DNA of 64,000 nucleotides, from the NCBI GenBank assembly GCA_035288465.1, contig DATEAH010000005.1:131636-195635 (forward strand), given 5' to 3'. Under the pieces are notes generated by a model, which had not been told where the DNA came from, searched no databases, and saw only the letters and a program-made list of their open reading frames with translations. Shown one piece after another: positions 9,889-19,715 of the stretch (its first letter is position 1; every line of letters starts with the position of its first letter). The stretch comes from Patescibacteria group bacterium. Its GTDB lineage: Bacteria > Patescibacteriota > UBA1384 > DATEAH01. The translations under genes were made by a program, and so were the position numbers.

Positions 9889-11022
9889 TTATTTGTGGTA
9901 ATATTTTTCCGCTAAATCAGCTAACTTTGATAAAAGTTGAGCATTGCCTTCAATTTTTTCCACTGAAACATCAGCAACATGGGCGGCTTTTTCTTGGCCT
10001 TTTTCACCGACTATTTCGGATTTGAGAACTAATACTCCGGCAGCTTTTCGTCCAGCTAAAGCAGCAGTTAAGTGCGCTGCCCGCAAGGCTTTGGCATCTT
10101 GGTTACTGTCTCCCATAAAGACTGCCCCATCAAAGCCGCCTGGAGTGCCTTTGAAATATGCTTTACGCTTCGGATCGTCTTCCTGGCGATATAACTGAAT
10201 CAAACTTTTTTCCTTGCCCTGTTCCCCATATGGTGAAATTGATACTCCGCATTGCGGATTTTTAAGATCTGGATTTTTTCCAATCGTTAATTTATACAAA
10301 GGTTTTAATTCATCTGGAATATCGTGTTCATATTTTTGTTGAATAATCCCAATATATTCGTCCCATTTGGCTGGATCAACTTGATTTAAATTGTAGGTTT
10401 GCGTTAATCCCTCAGAAAAATCAGTATTAACCGCTTTTTTCTCAAGAATGACTTTTCCGGATTTAGTTTGAATTTCCGAGGTTAATTCAGGCTGATCTGT
10501 ATCAATTATAGCCTCAGTTTAGGTTAAAAATTCATTTCGAATTCCGCCAAGTAAATTTGTAATTTGTTGTGAATGCGGCTGGAATTGTTCATCAATTATG
10601 CTTTCGCCTTGAGATGGATTATTGGGGTCTGTTTTGTAAACTTCCCAACCGGCAGTCCCAACGATTATTGAACCTGGAACTTCAATTTTAGCTGCACCAT
10701 CAGCCCCGCTCCGACCAGTCATAACCACAATTGGAATTCCTGAATTTTGTAAGCGTACTAATGAGTCTTTGGCTAAAGGATCAACTTTACAGTCGCGCGG
10801 ATCTTGAGCAAATGGTAGCACGGTACCATCTAAGTCTGTCGCAAAGACTAAACTTTGAGCAGTTTTTAATATATGCTCAAATTTATCTAGACTTTCTTCA
10901 ACGGTGAGAGGTCTTTCTAATTCTGGGGTCCGAAATCTTTCTGATTGAGCGACTTTGCTAGTATTTTGTGGGGCTTTAAAATTTTCCGCTCCTTCGGGAG
11001 TATTTGATAACGTTTCGCTCAT
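9889..11022 (-). pseudogene. otsB: trehalose-6-phosphate phosphatase (HAD-IIB) interrupted by an in-frame TAA at 10519-10521
   Basis: N-terminal piece has HAD motif I ATDLDGTVLP and motif II VVMTGRS; downstream piece in the same frame has the K motif and FMGDSNQDAKA (motif IV); a single TAA separates them, and the frame is open on both sides (checked codon by codon). Confidence 0.6.
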
Positions 11023-12083
11023 TTTAGCTTTCTATCCAAAACCTGCTTATATACTTTTTCATAATCATTAGTCATTTTTTGAATAGTAAAATTATCTTCA
11101 ACATGCTTTCGGCAAGCTCTTCGATCTATTTGACCAATTTTTTTGACTGCTTCTGCCATCGCATCAATATTTCCAGGCTCAACTAAAAACCCGGTTTTAC
11201 CATCAACAACGGTTTCAGATAATGCCCCGCGATTAAAAGTAACGACCGGCGCCCCACAAGCCATGGCTTCAACCGGCACTAAACCAAAGGGTTCGTCCCA
11301 AAAAATCGGATTTAAAAGACAAATTGCGTATTTTAATAATTTATTTTTTTCCTCAAAATCTGCTTCACCGACATAGCGGATCTGCGTGCCATCAATTAAG
11401 GGTTCTATTTCTTTTTTATAGTATTCAACATCGGCTTTTGATTCTTGATCTAATTTGGCTGCCATAATTAATTTCATTTTTAACTTTTTAGCCACCAAAA
11501 TCGCTTCCTTTGTACCTTTTTCGTAAGTTATTCGTCCCATCCAAAATAAATAGTCTTTGGGCTGATTTTTAAAGGCAAATTGATCAACTTCAACACCATT
11601 ATAAACCGTCGCAATATAATTTAAATCTTTTAAGGCACGTTGAGCATTAGAAATACTCACATATAAACTATCCCTAAATGTCTTGAGCAGTCTGGTTCTT
11701 TCAGGTGGATTTTCGGCGCGATCAATATTACCATGAAGGGTGTGAATAATTGGAACGTTGCTAATTTTGCTGAAAACTGAACTATAATTAACAGCGTGGC
11801 TATGAATAATATCAGCCTTATTTTTAATCGCATATTCAACAGCTTTAGCCACATTTGTTAAACTATCAGCATAGCTTGTCCAGGCAACCCCATCACGATA
11901 TAAGGCGCGCGGATAAACTGAAACTAATTTTGCTTTTGTAATTGAATCTCCAGTTGCAAATAAGGTGACATCGTGACCGCGTTTAACCAATTCTTCGGTT
12001 AAATTTGAAACAACTCTTTCCGCACCACCATATAAAGGTGGGGGAGTTCTTTCGCGCAAACTGGAAATAACGACAATTTTCAT
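11019..12083 (-). CDS. GT4-family glycosyltransferase (paralog A)
   Basis: 354 aa; N-term KIVVISSLRERTPPPLYGGAERVV and EPFGLVPVEAMACGAPVV (E-x7-E) GT4 motifs. Confidence 0.7.
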   Translation of the reverse strand: MKIVVISSLRERTPPPLYGGAERVVSNLTEELVKRGHDVTLFATGDSITKAKLVSVYPRALYRDGVAWTSYADSLTNVAKAVEYAIKNKADIIHSHAVNYSSVFSKISNVPIIHTLHGNIDRAENPPERTRLLKTFRDSLYVSISNAQRALKDLNYIATVYNGVEVDQFAFKNQPKDYLFWMGRITYEKGTKEAILVAKKLKMKLIMAAKLDQESKADVEYYKKEIEPLIDGTQIRYVGEADFEEKNKLLKYAICLLNPIFWDEPFGLVPVEAMACGAPVVTFNRGALSETVVDGKTGFLVEPGNIDAMAEAVKKIGQIDRRACRKHVEDNFTIQKMTNDYEKVYKQVLDRKLK

Positions 12084-12094
12084 TTTCCCTCGTT

Positions 12095-13552
12095 TTATAT
12101 TTTTAACAATTCTTCAAGAAATGTCCCAGCCCATTGAAAAACATTATTTTCCGCCGCAGATCGCTTTAAAATTTGCATACGTTCAATTTTTTGTTTACGG
12201 GGCATTTCTAGGGCTAATTTAATTTTATCGGCGGTTTGTTCAATATTATAAGGGTTAATCATCACCGCCTCAGTGAGACCTTTTGAAGCACCGGCAAATT
12301 TTGAGAGCATCAAAACCCCTTCAGGTCGGCAGCTCGCGACATATTCAAAACTAGCTAAATTCATGCCATCATCTAAAGAATTCACCAGACAAAGGTCGCC
12401 GCTTTTGTAAAAAGAAACAATATCTCGAAAATTAAGTTTTTCCTCAATAAAGTAAATCGGCACCCATGTTCCCTTTTTATATTTCCGATTAATCTTATCA
12501 ATCCGATTATAGACATCTTTTCGAAGCTGACGATATTGCGGGATTTTTTCTCTCGAAGTTGCCCCTAAACCAACATAAACAAATTTTTTCTGATACTTGG
12601 GATATTTTTCCAGGAAACGATCAATGGAATCGAGCCTTTCTAAAATTCCCTTGGTATAATCAATTCTATCCACGCTCACCGCTAAATGTTTGTAAGGACT
12701 CTTGACCACATTTTTAATAAAAGGGCTTATCCTTTCTCTAATTTTTTTAGCGGTTCCGGCAAATAAATTATAATCTGTCCCAATTGGAAAAGAACGGATA
12801 TACGTCCGGCGACCATGATATCTAACGTATGAATCTTCACGGTTAACGCGAGCTTCAAATGATCTTTCAATGCTATTGAGAAAATTATTAATATGATAAT
12901 TTCGGTGAAAACCTAATAAATCATTTCCCAATAAACCTTGAAGAATTTCTCGACCCCAAGGACAGGTTCGAAAAATTTCATAGGTTGGCCAAGGAATGTG
13001 CCAGAATTGGGCAACTTTAATCTTTGGATTTTTTTCTTTTAATAATTTTGGCAACAAAGCAAATTGATAGTCTTGAACCCAAATTAAGGCTTTTTTTGAA
13101 CCAACTTCTTTGAGGATAATTTCGGCAAACTTTTCGTTAACTTTTTTATAAGCTTGCCAATATTTTTCATCAAAAGTCGGCCGTACATAAACAATATGAC
13201 ACAATGGCCAAAGGGTTTGGTTGGAAAAACCAAAATAAAAATCATTAATTTCCTGATTGGTTAACCAAATTCTTTTGAGCTGATACTTGGGATTTTTTGG
13301 CGGCAAACCAACTTTGTCATCAACATCTACCACTTTTTTATCCGTTTCACCATTGCCAATTGCGGCCCATGTCCCACCGGTTGCCTGCATCACCAAATCT
13401 AATGACGCTCCTACGCCACCTGGGGTTCGGCGGGCAAGTATTTTACCATTGCTGACATAATGCTGATACGGTTCTCGAAAGGAAACAACGATTAAATTGT
13501 AATCTTTAAACTGGTCCTTGACTAATCTTTTTAGAGAATTCAGAGTCCACAT
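12095..13552 (-). CDS. otsA: trehalose-6-phosphate synthase (GT20)
   Basis: 485 aa; OtsA-like N-term (LIVVSFREPY..., GGVGASLD) and GT20 C-terminal domain. Confidence 0.8.
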   Translation of the reverse strand: MWTLNSLKRLVKDQFKDYNLIVVSFREPYQHYVSNGKILARRTPGGVGASLDLVMQATGGTWAAIGNGETDKKVVDVDDKVGLPPKNPKYQLKRIWLTNQEINDFYFGFSNQTLWPLCHIVYVRPTFDEKYWQAYKKVNEKFAEIILKEVGSKKALIWVQDYQFALLPKLLKEKNPKIKVAQFWHIPWPTYEIFRTCPWGREILQGLLGNDLLGFHRNYHINNFLNSIERSFEARVNREDSYVRYHGRRTYIRSFPIGTDYNLFAGTAKKIRERISPFIKNVVKSPYKHLAVSVDRIDYTKGILERLDSIDRFLEKYPKYQKKFVYVGLGATSREKIPQYRQLRKDVYNRIDKINRKYKKGTWVPIYFIEEKLNFRDIVSFYKSGDLCLVNSLDDGMNLASFEYVASCRPEGVLMLSKFAGASKGLTEAVMINPYNIEQTADKIKLALEMPRKQKIERMQILKRSAAENNVFQWAGTFLEELLKI

Positions 13553-13553
13553 T

Positions 13554-14648
13554 TCAACTCCTTTTTTCCCTCGGAAAATTATTAATTATTTCAAGATATA
13601 CTTTTTCATAATCTGCAACCATCTTAGAAACTGAAAAATTTTCCATGACATGCTGACGGCAAACTTTTCGATCAATCTGGTCAATTTTTTTTAAAGTTTC
13701 AATTGCACCATCAACATCTTTTACTAAAAAACCGGTCTCGCCATCTTTGATTAATTCTGGCATTGAACCACGCTTGGTGGCAATTACAGGCGTACCAGTC
13801 GCCATGGATTCAACCGGCACTAAACCAAAAGGTTCGTCCCACTGAATTAAATTTAATAAAGCTTTGGCATTTCGCAATAATTTATTCTTCTGTTCGTGAT
13901 TTGCTTCGCCAAAATAAATGATTTGCTTATTATCAAAATGCGGCTCAACTTCTTGATGATAATATTCCATATATTCTGGGTTCATTTCGTCAATTTTGCC
14001 AGCCAAGATTAATTTTTGGCCAGTTTTTTTGGCCACTTGAATCGCTTCCCTGGGACCCTTGGATTCTGAAAATCTGCCCATCCAAAATAAATAATCTTCG
14101 GGCTGATCATTAAAATCAAATTTATCAACTTCGATGCCATTATAAACTGTGGCCACATAATTTAGATTAGGAATTTTTCGCTGAGCATTGCTAATGGTGA
14201 CCAAAGGATGCTCTCGATATTTTTCTAAAAAGATTTTTCGATTTGCTTTATCCGGTGTAGTTGGCATTTCAAAATGCATTGTTGAGACAATTGGAGTTTT
14301 TAAATACCGGGCAAAGGGCAAAACAAAATAGTCAACCCGGGTATTAAATTGGACATGAATAATATCAAATTCTTTTTCCATATCTAAAGCCTGGGTTAAA
14401 TTTAATAAAGGATATAAAAATTCATTCCAGCCAATACCCATTTCTCGTAAAGTTTTAGGGACGACCGAAACTAAACGTGCGGAGGTTTTAGAATTGCCAG
14501 AAGCAAAAACTGTCACTTTATGCCCATTTTTAACCAACCCTTCCGCGAGGTTGTAAACGACCAATTCTGTCCCACCATATTTTTCTGGCGGTACTTTTTC
14601 CCAAATAGTTGAAACAATAGCAATTTTCATTGCGAGGTTTCCTTCCAA
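13554..14648 (-). CDS. GT4-family glycosyltransferase (paralog B)
   Basis: 364 aa; paralogous to 11019..12083 (KIAIVSTIWEKVPPEKYGGTELVV; EPFGLVPVESMATGTPVI). Confidence 0.7.
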   Translation of the reverse strand: MEGNLAMKIAIVSTIWEKVPPEKYGGTELVVYNLAEGLVKNGHKVTVFASGNSKTSARLVSVVPKTLREMGIGWNEFLYPLLNLTQALDMEKEFDIIHVQFNTRVDYFVLPFARYLKTPIVSTMHFEMPTTPDKANRKIFLEKYREHPLVTISNAQRKIPNLNYVATVYNGIEVDKFDFNDQPEDYLFWMGRFSESKGPREAIQVAKKTGQKLILAGKIDEMNPEYMEYYHQEVEPHFDNKQIIYFGEANHEQKNKLLRNAKALLNLIQWDEPFGLVPVESMATGTPVIATKRGSMPELIKDGETGFLVKDVDGAIETLKKIDQIDRKVCRQHVMENFSVSKMVADYEKVYLEIINNFPREKRS

Positions 14649-14684
14649 ATTTATTAACTATTTTGTTTATGAAATCGAATTTGC

Positions 14685-15650
14685 TTATTTTTTCTTTAAG
14701 AAAAGGGCGCCGCGTTCTGGCGAAACAATATCAATTGGGATGCCGGCGCCTAATTCAAAACCGCCCCAGAAAGACATTCTCGGTGTAATCTCAATATGAA
14801 AATGATAAAAATTATTACCTTCTAAAATATCAGGTGGAGTACTGTGAATATATAGATTATATCCCGGATCACCTAATTTTATATCAATTTTGGCTAAGAC
14901 TTCGTGTAAAATTTTGGCCATGTTTTTTCTTTTAGCATCCCTAATATCTTCAAAATGCGGGATGTGATCTTTTGGAACAATCCAAGTTTCAAACGGAAAT
15001 CTGGGGGCAAAAAAGGCAAAAGCGACAAAATCATCATTTTCTAAAATAATGCGGGCTTTTTGCTTTTTTTCTTCTTGAATAATATCGCAATAAACGCATC
15101 GATGGTGTCGCTGGTGATAATTTTTAGCACCATCCATTTCTTTGGTCAAATTAATAGGAATTACCGAGGAAGCGAAAAGTTGTGAGTGAGGATGAGCGAC
15201 AGTCGCCCCAGATTCTGGACCATGATTATGAATAACCATCACATATTCAATATCTGGATCTTTATAATAATATTTCATACGCTTTTGATAAGCCATTAAA
15301 ACTTCGTCGACTGATCGTGGACTTAATTCGGAAAAGTCACGAAAATGATCTCGAAAAATTAAAACTTCATGAGCGCCAACACTATTGGTCGAAAAATAAA
15401 GGTTTGAAGCTTGAAAAATAATTTTCTTTTCCATAGTAAAAACCGGGTATTTATTGGGAATCACGAGTACATTTTTAGTTGATACTTCGGCAATAACAGT
15501 TTTTCTGGCGGCACTGTCTGGACAAAAAGGACAATCCTGAGTTGGAACCTTTGGGGGTTTAGCGCGAACATAATCTCTTGGTCTTTTCGCACGTTCTGGG
15601 GCAATAATTGAATAATCCCCAGTAATAATATTTTGTCTTAAAACTGGCAT
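14685..15650 (-). CDS. galactose-1-phosphate uridylyltransferase-family (HIT superfamily) nucleotidyltransferase
   Basis: CPFCP zinc motif near N-term and HPHSQ (His-Pro-His) active-site motif. Confidence 0.65.
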   Translation of the reverse strand: MPVLRQNIITGDYSIIAPERAKRPRDYVRAKPPKVPTQDCPFCPDSAARKTVIAEVSTKNVLVIPNKYPVFTMEKKIIFQASNLYFSTNSVGAHEVLIFRDHFRDFSELSPRSVDEVLMAYQKRMKYYYKDPDIEYVMVIHNHGPESGATVAHPHSQLFASSVIPINLTKEMDGAKNYHQRHHRCVYCDIIQEEKKQKARIILENDDFVAFAFFAPRFPFETWIVPKDHIPHFEDIRDAKRKNMAKILHEVLAKIDIKLGDPGYNLYIHSTPPDILEGNNFYHFHIEITPRMSFWGGFELGAGIPIDIVSPERGALFLKKK

Positions 15651-15723
15651 CCGTCTCCTTGCTAGGCATTTGGTTTATTTTAATATTTTTTGATATTTTT
15701 TTCAAGCCCTAACATGATAATTT

Positions 15724-16215
15724 TTAGTATTTGCAATTATTATGCCCGCAAATAGCGACTGCTAAGGCGTCAGCCGCGTCATCTGGTTTGGGTAAAAAAT
15801 CTAATTTCAAAATTGCTTTAACCATATTTTGAACTTGGACTTTATCAGCCCGACCATGACCGCAAACCGATAATTTGACTTCAAGCGGAGTAAATTCTAA
15901 AATTTCTTTTTTGGCCTTTGCCGCCGCTAATAAAACGACTCCACGCGCTTGGCCGACTGCCATCGCGGTTTTGGCATTATTGAGAAAAAAAAGCTTTTCC
16001 ACGGCAACTAAATCAGGAGAAGTCTCTTGAATGATTTGGCTAATATCCTGATAAATTTCAATTAATTTTTCCGGCAAGGGAATTTTCGGCTTGGTGGCAA
16101 TCACCCCATAATCTAATAATTTATAACAATGTTTTTCCAGTCTAACTAAACCAAAACCAGTAGTGGTGGTGCCAGGATCAATCCCTAAAATTATCATCTG
16201 ACTCCATTTTATCAA
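15724..16215 (-). CDS. ruvC: crossover junction endodeoxyribonuclease RuvC
   Basis: MIILGIDPGTTTTGFGLV N-terminal RNase H-like motif; true start may be the internal Met at ~16197. Confidence 0.85.
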   Translation of the reverse strand: MIKWSQMIILGIDPGTTTTGFGLVRLEKHCYKLLDYGVIATKPKIPLPEKLIEIYQDISQIIQETSPDLVAVEKLFFLNNAKTAMAVGQARGVVLLAAAKAKKEILEFTPLEVKLSVCGHGRADKVQVQNMVKAILKLDFLPKPDDAADALAVAICGHNNCKY

Positions 16216-16245
16216 AAAATTAAAATCAAATCTCTTTTTTTAATA

Positions 16246-16992
16246 TTAAGCCTCGGTCTCTTTGATTAAATCATCAGGAATATCAAAATTTGCCGCCACA
16301 GAAACAACTTCATCAATATTATCTAACTCGTCCATTAGTTTTAAAATTTTTTTCGCCGCACTCGCATCTTCTACCTTGACAATATTTTTGGGAATCATGC
16401 TGATTTCTGAATTAATTATTGCGAGATTTTGTTTTTGGAGTTCATTTTTAACTTTTTCTAATTCCTCGGGTTTAGTATAAATTAGGATTTCACTTCCTTC
16501 ATCTGTGACATCATCAGCGCCGGCGTCAATGGCGATCAATTCTATTTCTTCTTTGTCTTCCCGATGGGACCCCTTTGGGACAATCCTTATAATTCCTTTT
16601 TGTTCAAACATCCAACTGACTGAACCTGAACCCGCTAATTTGCCACCGGATTTATCGAGGATGTTTCTAATTTGTGAAGAGGTGCGATTTTTATTATCAG
16701 TGGTAATAGAAATTAAAATTGCCACTTTTTCTGGACCAAAGGCTTCATAAGTGGCATCTTCAAATTTGACATCACCCAGTTCACCGGTGCCGCGTTTAAT
16801 CGCTCGATCAATATTTACTGAGGGCAAATTGGCTTGTTTGGCTTTTTCAATGGCTAAACGGAGCTTGATTTCGGATTTTTCGCGCGCAGCGATAGCAATA
16901 AGATGGGCTAATTTGGTAAAAATTTTACCTTTTTTCTTGTCAGCAATTTCTTTTCTAAATTTTATATTTGACCATTTTGAATGACCCGACAT
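16246..16992 (-). CDS. yebC: YebC/PmpR-family probable transcriptional regulator
   Basis: MSGHSKWSNIKFRK... hallmark N-terminus; start placed at that Met rather than ORF-track 17043. Confidence 0.85.
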   Translation of the reverse strand: MSGHSKWSNIKFRKEIADKKKGKIFTKLAHLIAIAAREKSEIKLRLAIEKAKQANLPSVNIDRAIKRGTGELGDVKFEDATYEAFGPEKVAILISITTDNKNRTSSQIRNILDKSGGKLAGSGSVSWMFEQKGIIRIVPKGSHREDKEEIELIAIDAGADDVTDEGSEILIYTKPEELEKVKNELQKQNLAIINSEISMIPKNIVKVEDASAAKKILKLMDELDNIDEVVSVAANFDIPDDLIKETEA

Positions 16993-17144
16993 CTTCGCTC
17001 CCTTCAGTCGCTCAAAATTAAAGATTAAAAATAAAAGATTCAAGATGAATATAAAAAACGATATGCAATTTTTGAAATTTACTCTTAATTTTTGCCCTTT
17101 GCTCTTTTATTTTACTCTCTTTTGATGAAAAGTCCAGTTTTTAC

Positions 17145-17173
17145 TTGACTTTTTGATTTTGATGTGTTATAAT
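17145..17173 (+). promoter_or_regulatory. perfect sigma70-consensus promoter TTGACT-N17-TATAAT
   Basis: TTGACT 17145-17150, 17-nt spacer, TATAAT 17168-17173; followed by a ~100-nt leader with a UUCG-tetraloop hairpin (AACCC-TTCG-GGGTT, 17226-17239) and a CCGCC...GGCGG hairpin. Confidence 0.55.
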
Positions 17174-17278
17174 ATAGGCATTCGAGGCTAACTTTAGCTT
17201 CGTTCGTGATATTGTTCGTTAACAAAACCCTTCGGGGTTAAACTTTCCGCCTCTGCGGCGGAGAAGGAGGTGTTAACC

Positions 17279-18241
17279 GTGAGGTTGGCACTTGCAATCG
17301 TCGTGTTGCTCGTTGTTGCTGCGTCAGTCACATTGGCGCAGTCGGCCCCAACCTGCGTGGTCGTCGTTGACCCGCAGGCCGAGTACGGCTACGGCGGTTA
17401 TGGGGGGTACGACGGGAGCTACTATTACAGCTCCCAACTCTCCCAGATCGCCAAGCAGGAACTGGAGGCTGCGCTCAGCGAGCGCGGCTGGCTGGTTCTG
17501 CTCAATGCCTCGGACGTCGGTCCGACCCAGGAGGAGTTGCTTCTTGAGAACTCCGAATGGGGCATCAACGGCAGAAATCGCCAACCTATCGGTGATTTCA
17601 CCGGAGCAACAGAGACATTTCTTGTCTCCGCCTTCACATTTGGCGGCCGCGATTTTGAACTCGCGGCTTGGCTGGATGATGCCTATCCTTCGGTCCGACT
17701 CTCGGACCTACGGGTGAAGGCGATTATCCGGCGTTCGTCAACGCGGACCCGGGAGGTTCCCGCGGTCTATGAGGGCTACGGCTCGAAGCGGATTGTCAAA
17801 GACGTCCGCTTGGGTATCCAGTCCTCGCGGAATTTCTGGGGTGGTCTTGTTCAATTGGCAAGCCAGGCTCTCGAAGCTGGTTTAACTGATTGGCAAGACG
17901 CCGGACGAGCCGCCGCACGAGGCGCCATCGAAAATGCCCTTCGGGGTATTGAAGCGCCACGCCAACTGGCTCCCACAACCAGTTCGTCAGCTTTCACAAG
18001 CGCTGACGCGCAAACGTCAACCCCCCGGTACATTTTCCTAATGCTTTATGGTCAGGAAGTTTCCGAGGGCGACCGCTTCGGCATTTGGCGAGACAATCGT
18101 CAGATCGCCGAGGTTGAGGTCGAGTTTGTCCGCTCAGACAACCGAGCATCCTGTCGAGTACTTCGCAGCTCGGTTCCTGATCTTGGCCGCCCCGGCGACT
18201 CCGCCCGCAGTCTCACCCCGACCATCCCCATAGAGCAGTAG
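17279..18241 (+). CDS. secreted protein of unknown function, GC-rich (~60% GC) in an AT-rich backbone
   Basis: GAAGGAGG SD, GTG start at 17279 (ORF-track start 17270 sits directly on the SD); signal peptide RLALAIVVLLVVAASVTLAQS; Gly/Tyr low-complexity YGYGGYGGYDGSYYY; no recognised domain. Confidence 0.55.
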   Translation: MRLALAIVVLLVVAASVTLAQSAPTCVVVVDPQAEYGYGGYGGYDGSYYYSSQLSQIAKQELEAALSERGWLVLLNASDVGPTQEELLLENSEWGINGRNRQPIGDFTGATETFLVSAFTFGGRDFELAAWLDDAYPSVRLSDLRVKAIIRRSSTRTREVPAVYEGYGSKRIVKDVRLGIQSSRNFWGGLVQLASQALEAGLTDWQDAGRAAARGAIENALRGIEAPRQLAPTTSSSAFTSADAQTSTPRYIFLMLYGQEVSEGDRFGIWRDNRQIAEVEVEFVRSDNRASCRVLRSSVPDLGRPGDSARSLTPTIPIEQ

Positions 18242-18274
18242 CTCCACCAATCTCTCCCTAAGGGAGGTGAAACA

Positions 18275-18472
18275 ATGCACTTCGAAACTAGAGTAGTCGT
18301 TGTAGAAACTGAAGGTAGGGGCGTCAGGGCAGCAACCGAACAACTCGCCGTGGATATTGCACTGCTTGGATCCGAAGGCTGGGAGGTCAAAGGACTCAGC
18401 AGCATGCTCCCCGACGAGTACCACGGGTACCATATCTGCGTCCTCCAACGCCCCACCTCTACCAAGTCCTAA
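18275..18472 (+). CDS. small DUF4177-like protein
   Basis: 65 aa; strong SD GGGAGGTG then ATG; pattern ETRVVVVETEG.G...LGSEGWEV...LQRP resembles the DUF4177 family; GC-rich. Confidence 0.45.
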   Translation: MHFETRVVVVETEGRGVRAATEQLAVDIALLGSEGWEVKGLSSMLPDEYHGYHICVLQRPTSTKS

Positions 18473-18568
18473 CGTCTCGTCGCAAGTGAGTACATCGTGT
18501 GCATCCTCGCCCGACCCATCGAGGCCGGCTAACATTAGCGGTCTCGCTACCTGGAGTTGGATCTGATG

Positions 18569-18622
18569 ATCATAACCTCAAGGTTATGATTTAGCGGCAA
18601 ACCGCTATCTGCCTCCCGGCAG
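18569..18622 (+). terminator. cluster of three hairpins downstream of the GC-rich two-gene cassette
   Basis: ATCATAACC-TCAA-GGTTATGAT (9-bp stem), AGCGG-CAAA-CCGCT, CTGCC-TCCC-GGCAG; no strong T-run, so terminator function is inferred. Confidence 0.35.
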
Positions 18623-18836
18623 AAAATCAGACCCAGCTCCTTTTCGTTTTCAAAAAATAAATTGAGAATATAGAGCGAGGCGTCTCCTAAGAAAAGTGTC
18701 TCGAGCCAAACCCGAGGGAATTTTTTAAATAAGTTGAAAGTTTATGGTTTGGCGAAAGTCAAGTGATGATCGAGAAAATTTTATCAAACAAGAAAAAATT
18801 ATCGGAGCGTCTTTTCGTGGAGTATGTTGAGCGAAA

Positions 18837-19715
18837 TTATTTGGCGGTTTTAACTTGATAAGTTTGACCGTTAGTATTTATCTCTATGATTCCGTTTTGA
18901 TCTGTTCTCAATATTTTAATATTTGGAATTTGTTTTAATAAATCTAAAGTTTTTTTGGTGGGATGGCCATATCGATTATTTGCACCCACAGAAATTATTG
19001 CCACTTCAGGATTTACTTGACTTAAAAATTCGGTCATAAGAGCGTTTGACGAACCATGATGCGAGACTTTCAAGACTGTACTTTTAACCATTTGATTATG
19101 ACTTAAAAATTCGGTTTGTGCATCTTGTTCTAAATCGCCCATAAAAATCGCGGAAAATTTTGAATCTTCTAATCTTATCACCACCGAACTATTGTTTGGG
19201 TTATTCATAGTTTTGCCTTGTAAATTTTTAATTGGATATAAAATTTTTAGTTTAATTTGGTTTTGTTGAAAAACTATTTGCCCTATTTGAGCTTTTTTTG
19301 TTTGTATTTGTTTATTTTTTATAAGACTTAAAATTTCAGTGTATTCTGGACTGGAATAGGCGACACCGGTTAACCAGATATTTCCTATTTGATATTTATT
19401 AATAACGTCAATCAAGCCAGCTATATGATCTGCGTGCGGATGAGTAATAATTATTGACTCAATTTTTCGGTCATTAAATGGCATATTCTCGCCCAGACAC
19501 GATAAGACAGAATTATCCGGACCACCATCAATTAAAATTTGTTCATTTAATCCAGGTTCAACAATAATTGCATCCCCTTGTCCAACATCACAAAAAACTA
19601 TTTCTAAATTATTTTCCGATTGTTGGTTTTGAAAAACCGACAACCAAATTAAAATTGCAATTCCCACTAAAAACCCAAAAAATGGCGCCATAATTTTATT
19701 AGATATTTTTGGCAT
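18837..19715 (-). CDS. comEC: ComEC/Rec2 C-terminal metallo-beta-lactamase domain protein
   Basis: ITHPHADHIAGL MBL motif, VFCDVGQGDAIIVE; separate ORF from the membrane part. Confidence 0.75.
   Translation of the reverse strand: MPKISNKIMAPFFGFLVGIAILIWLSVFQNQQSENNLEIVFCDVGQGDAIIVEPGLNEQILIDGGPDNSVLSCLGENMPFNDRKIESIIITHPHADHIAGLIDVINKYQIGNIWLTGVAYSSPEYTEILSLIKNKQIQTKKAQIGQIVFQQNQIKLKILYPIKNLQGKTMNNPNNSSVVIRLEDSKFSAIFMGDLEQDAQTEFLSHNQMVKSTVLKVSHHGSSNALMTEFLSQVNPEVAIISVGANNRYGHPTKKTLDLLKQIPNIKILRTDQNGIIEINTNGQTYQVKTAK

Noticed and set aside
17292-18566. Multiple overlapping ORFs on both strands inside the GC-rich island (e.g. 17292..17717, 17324..17584, 18100..18465, 18134..18535)
   Set aside because: These are typical long spurious frames in high-GC sequence. 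Only the frames with SD and signal-peptide support (17279..18241 and 18275..18472) were kept.
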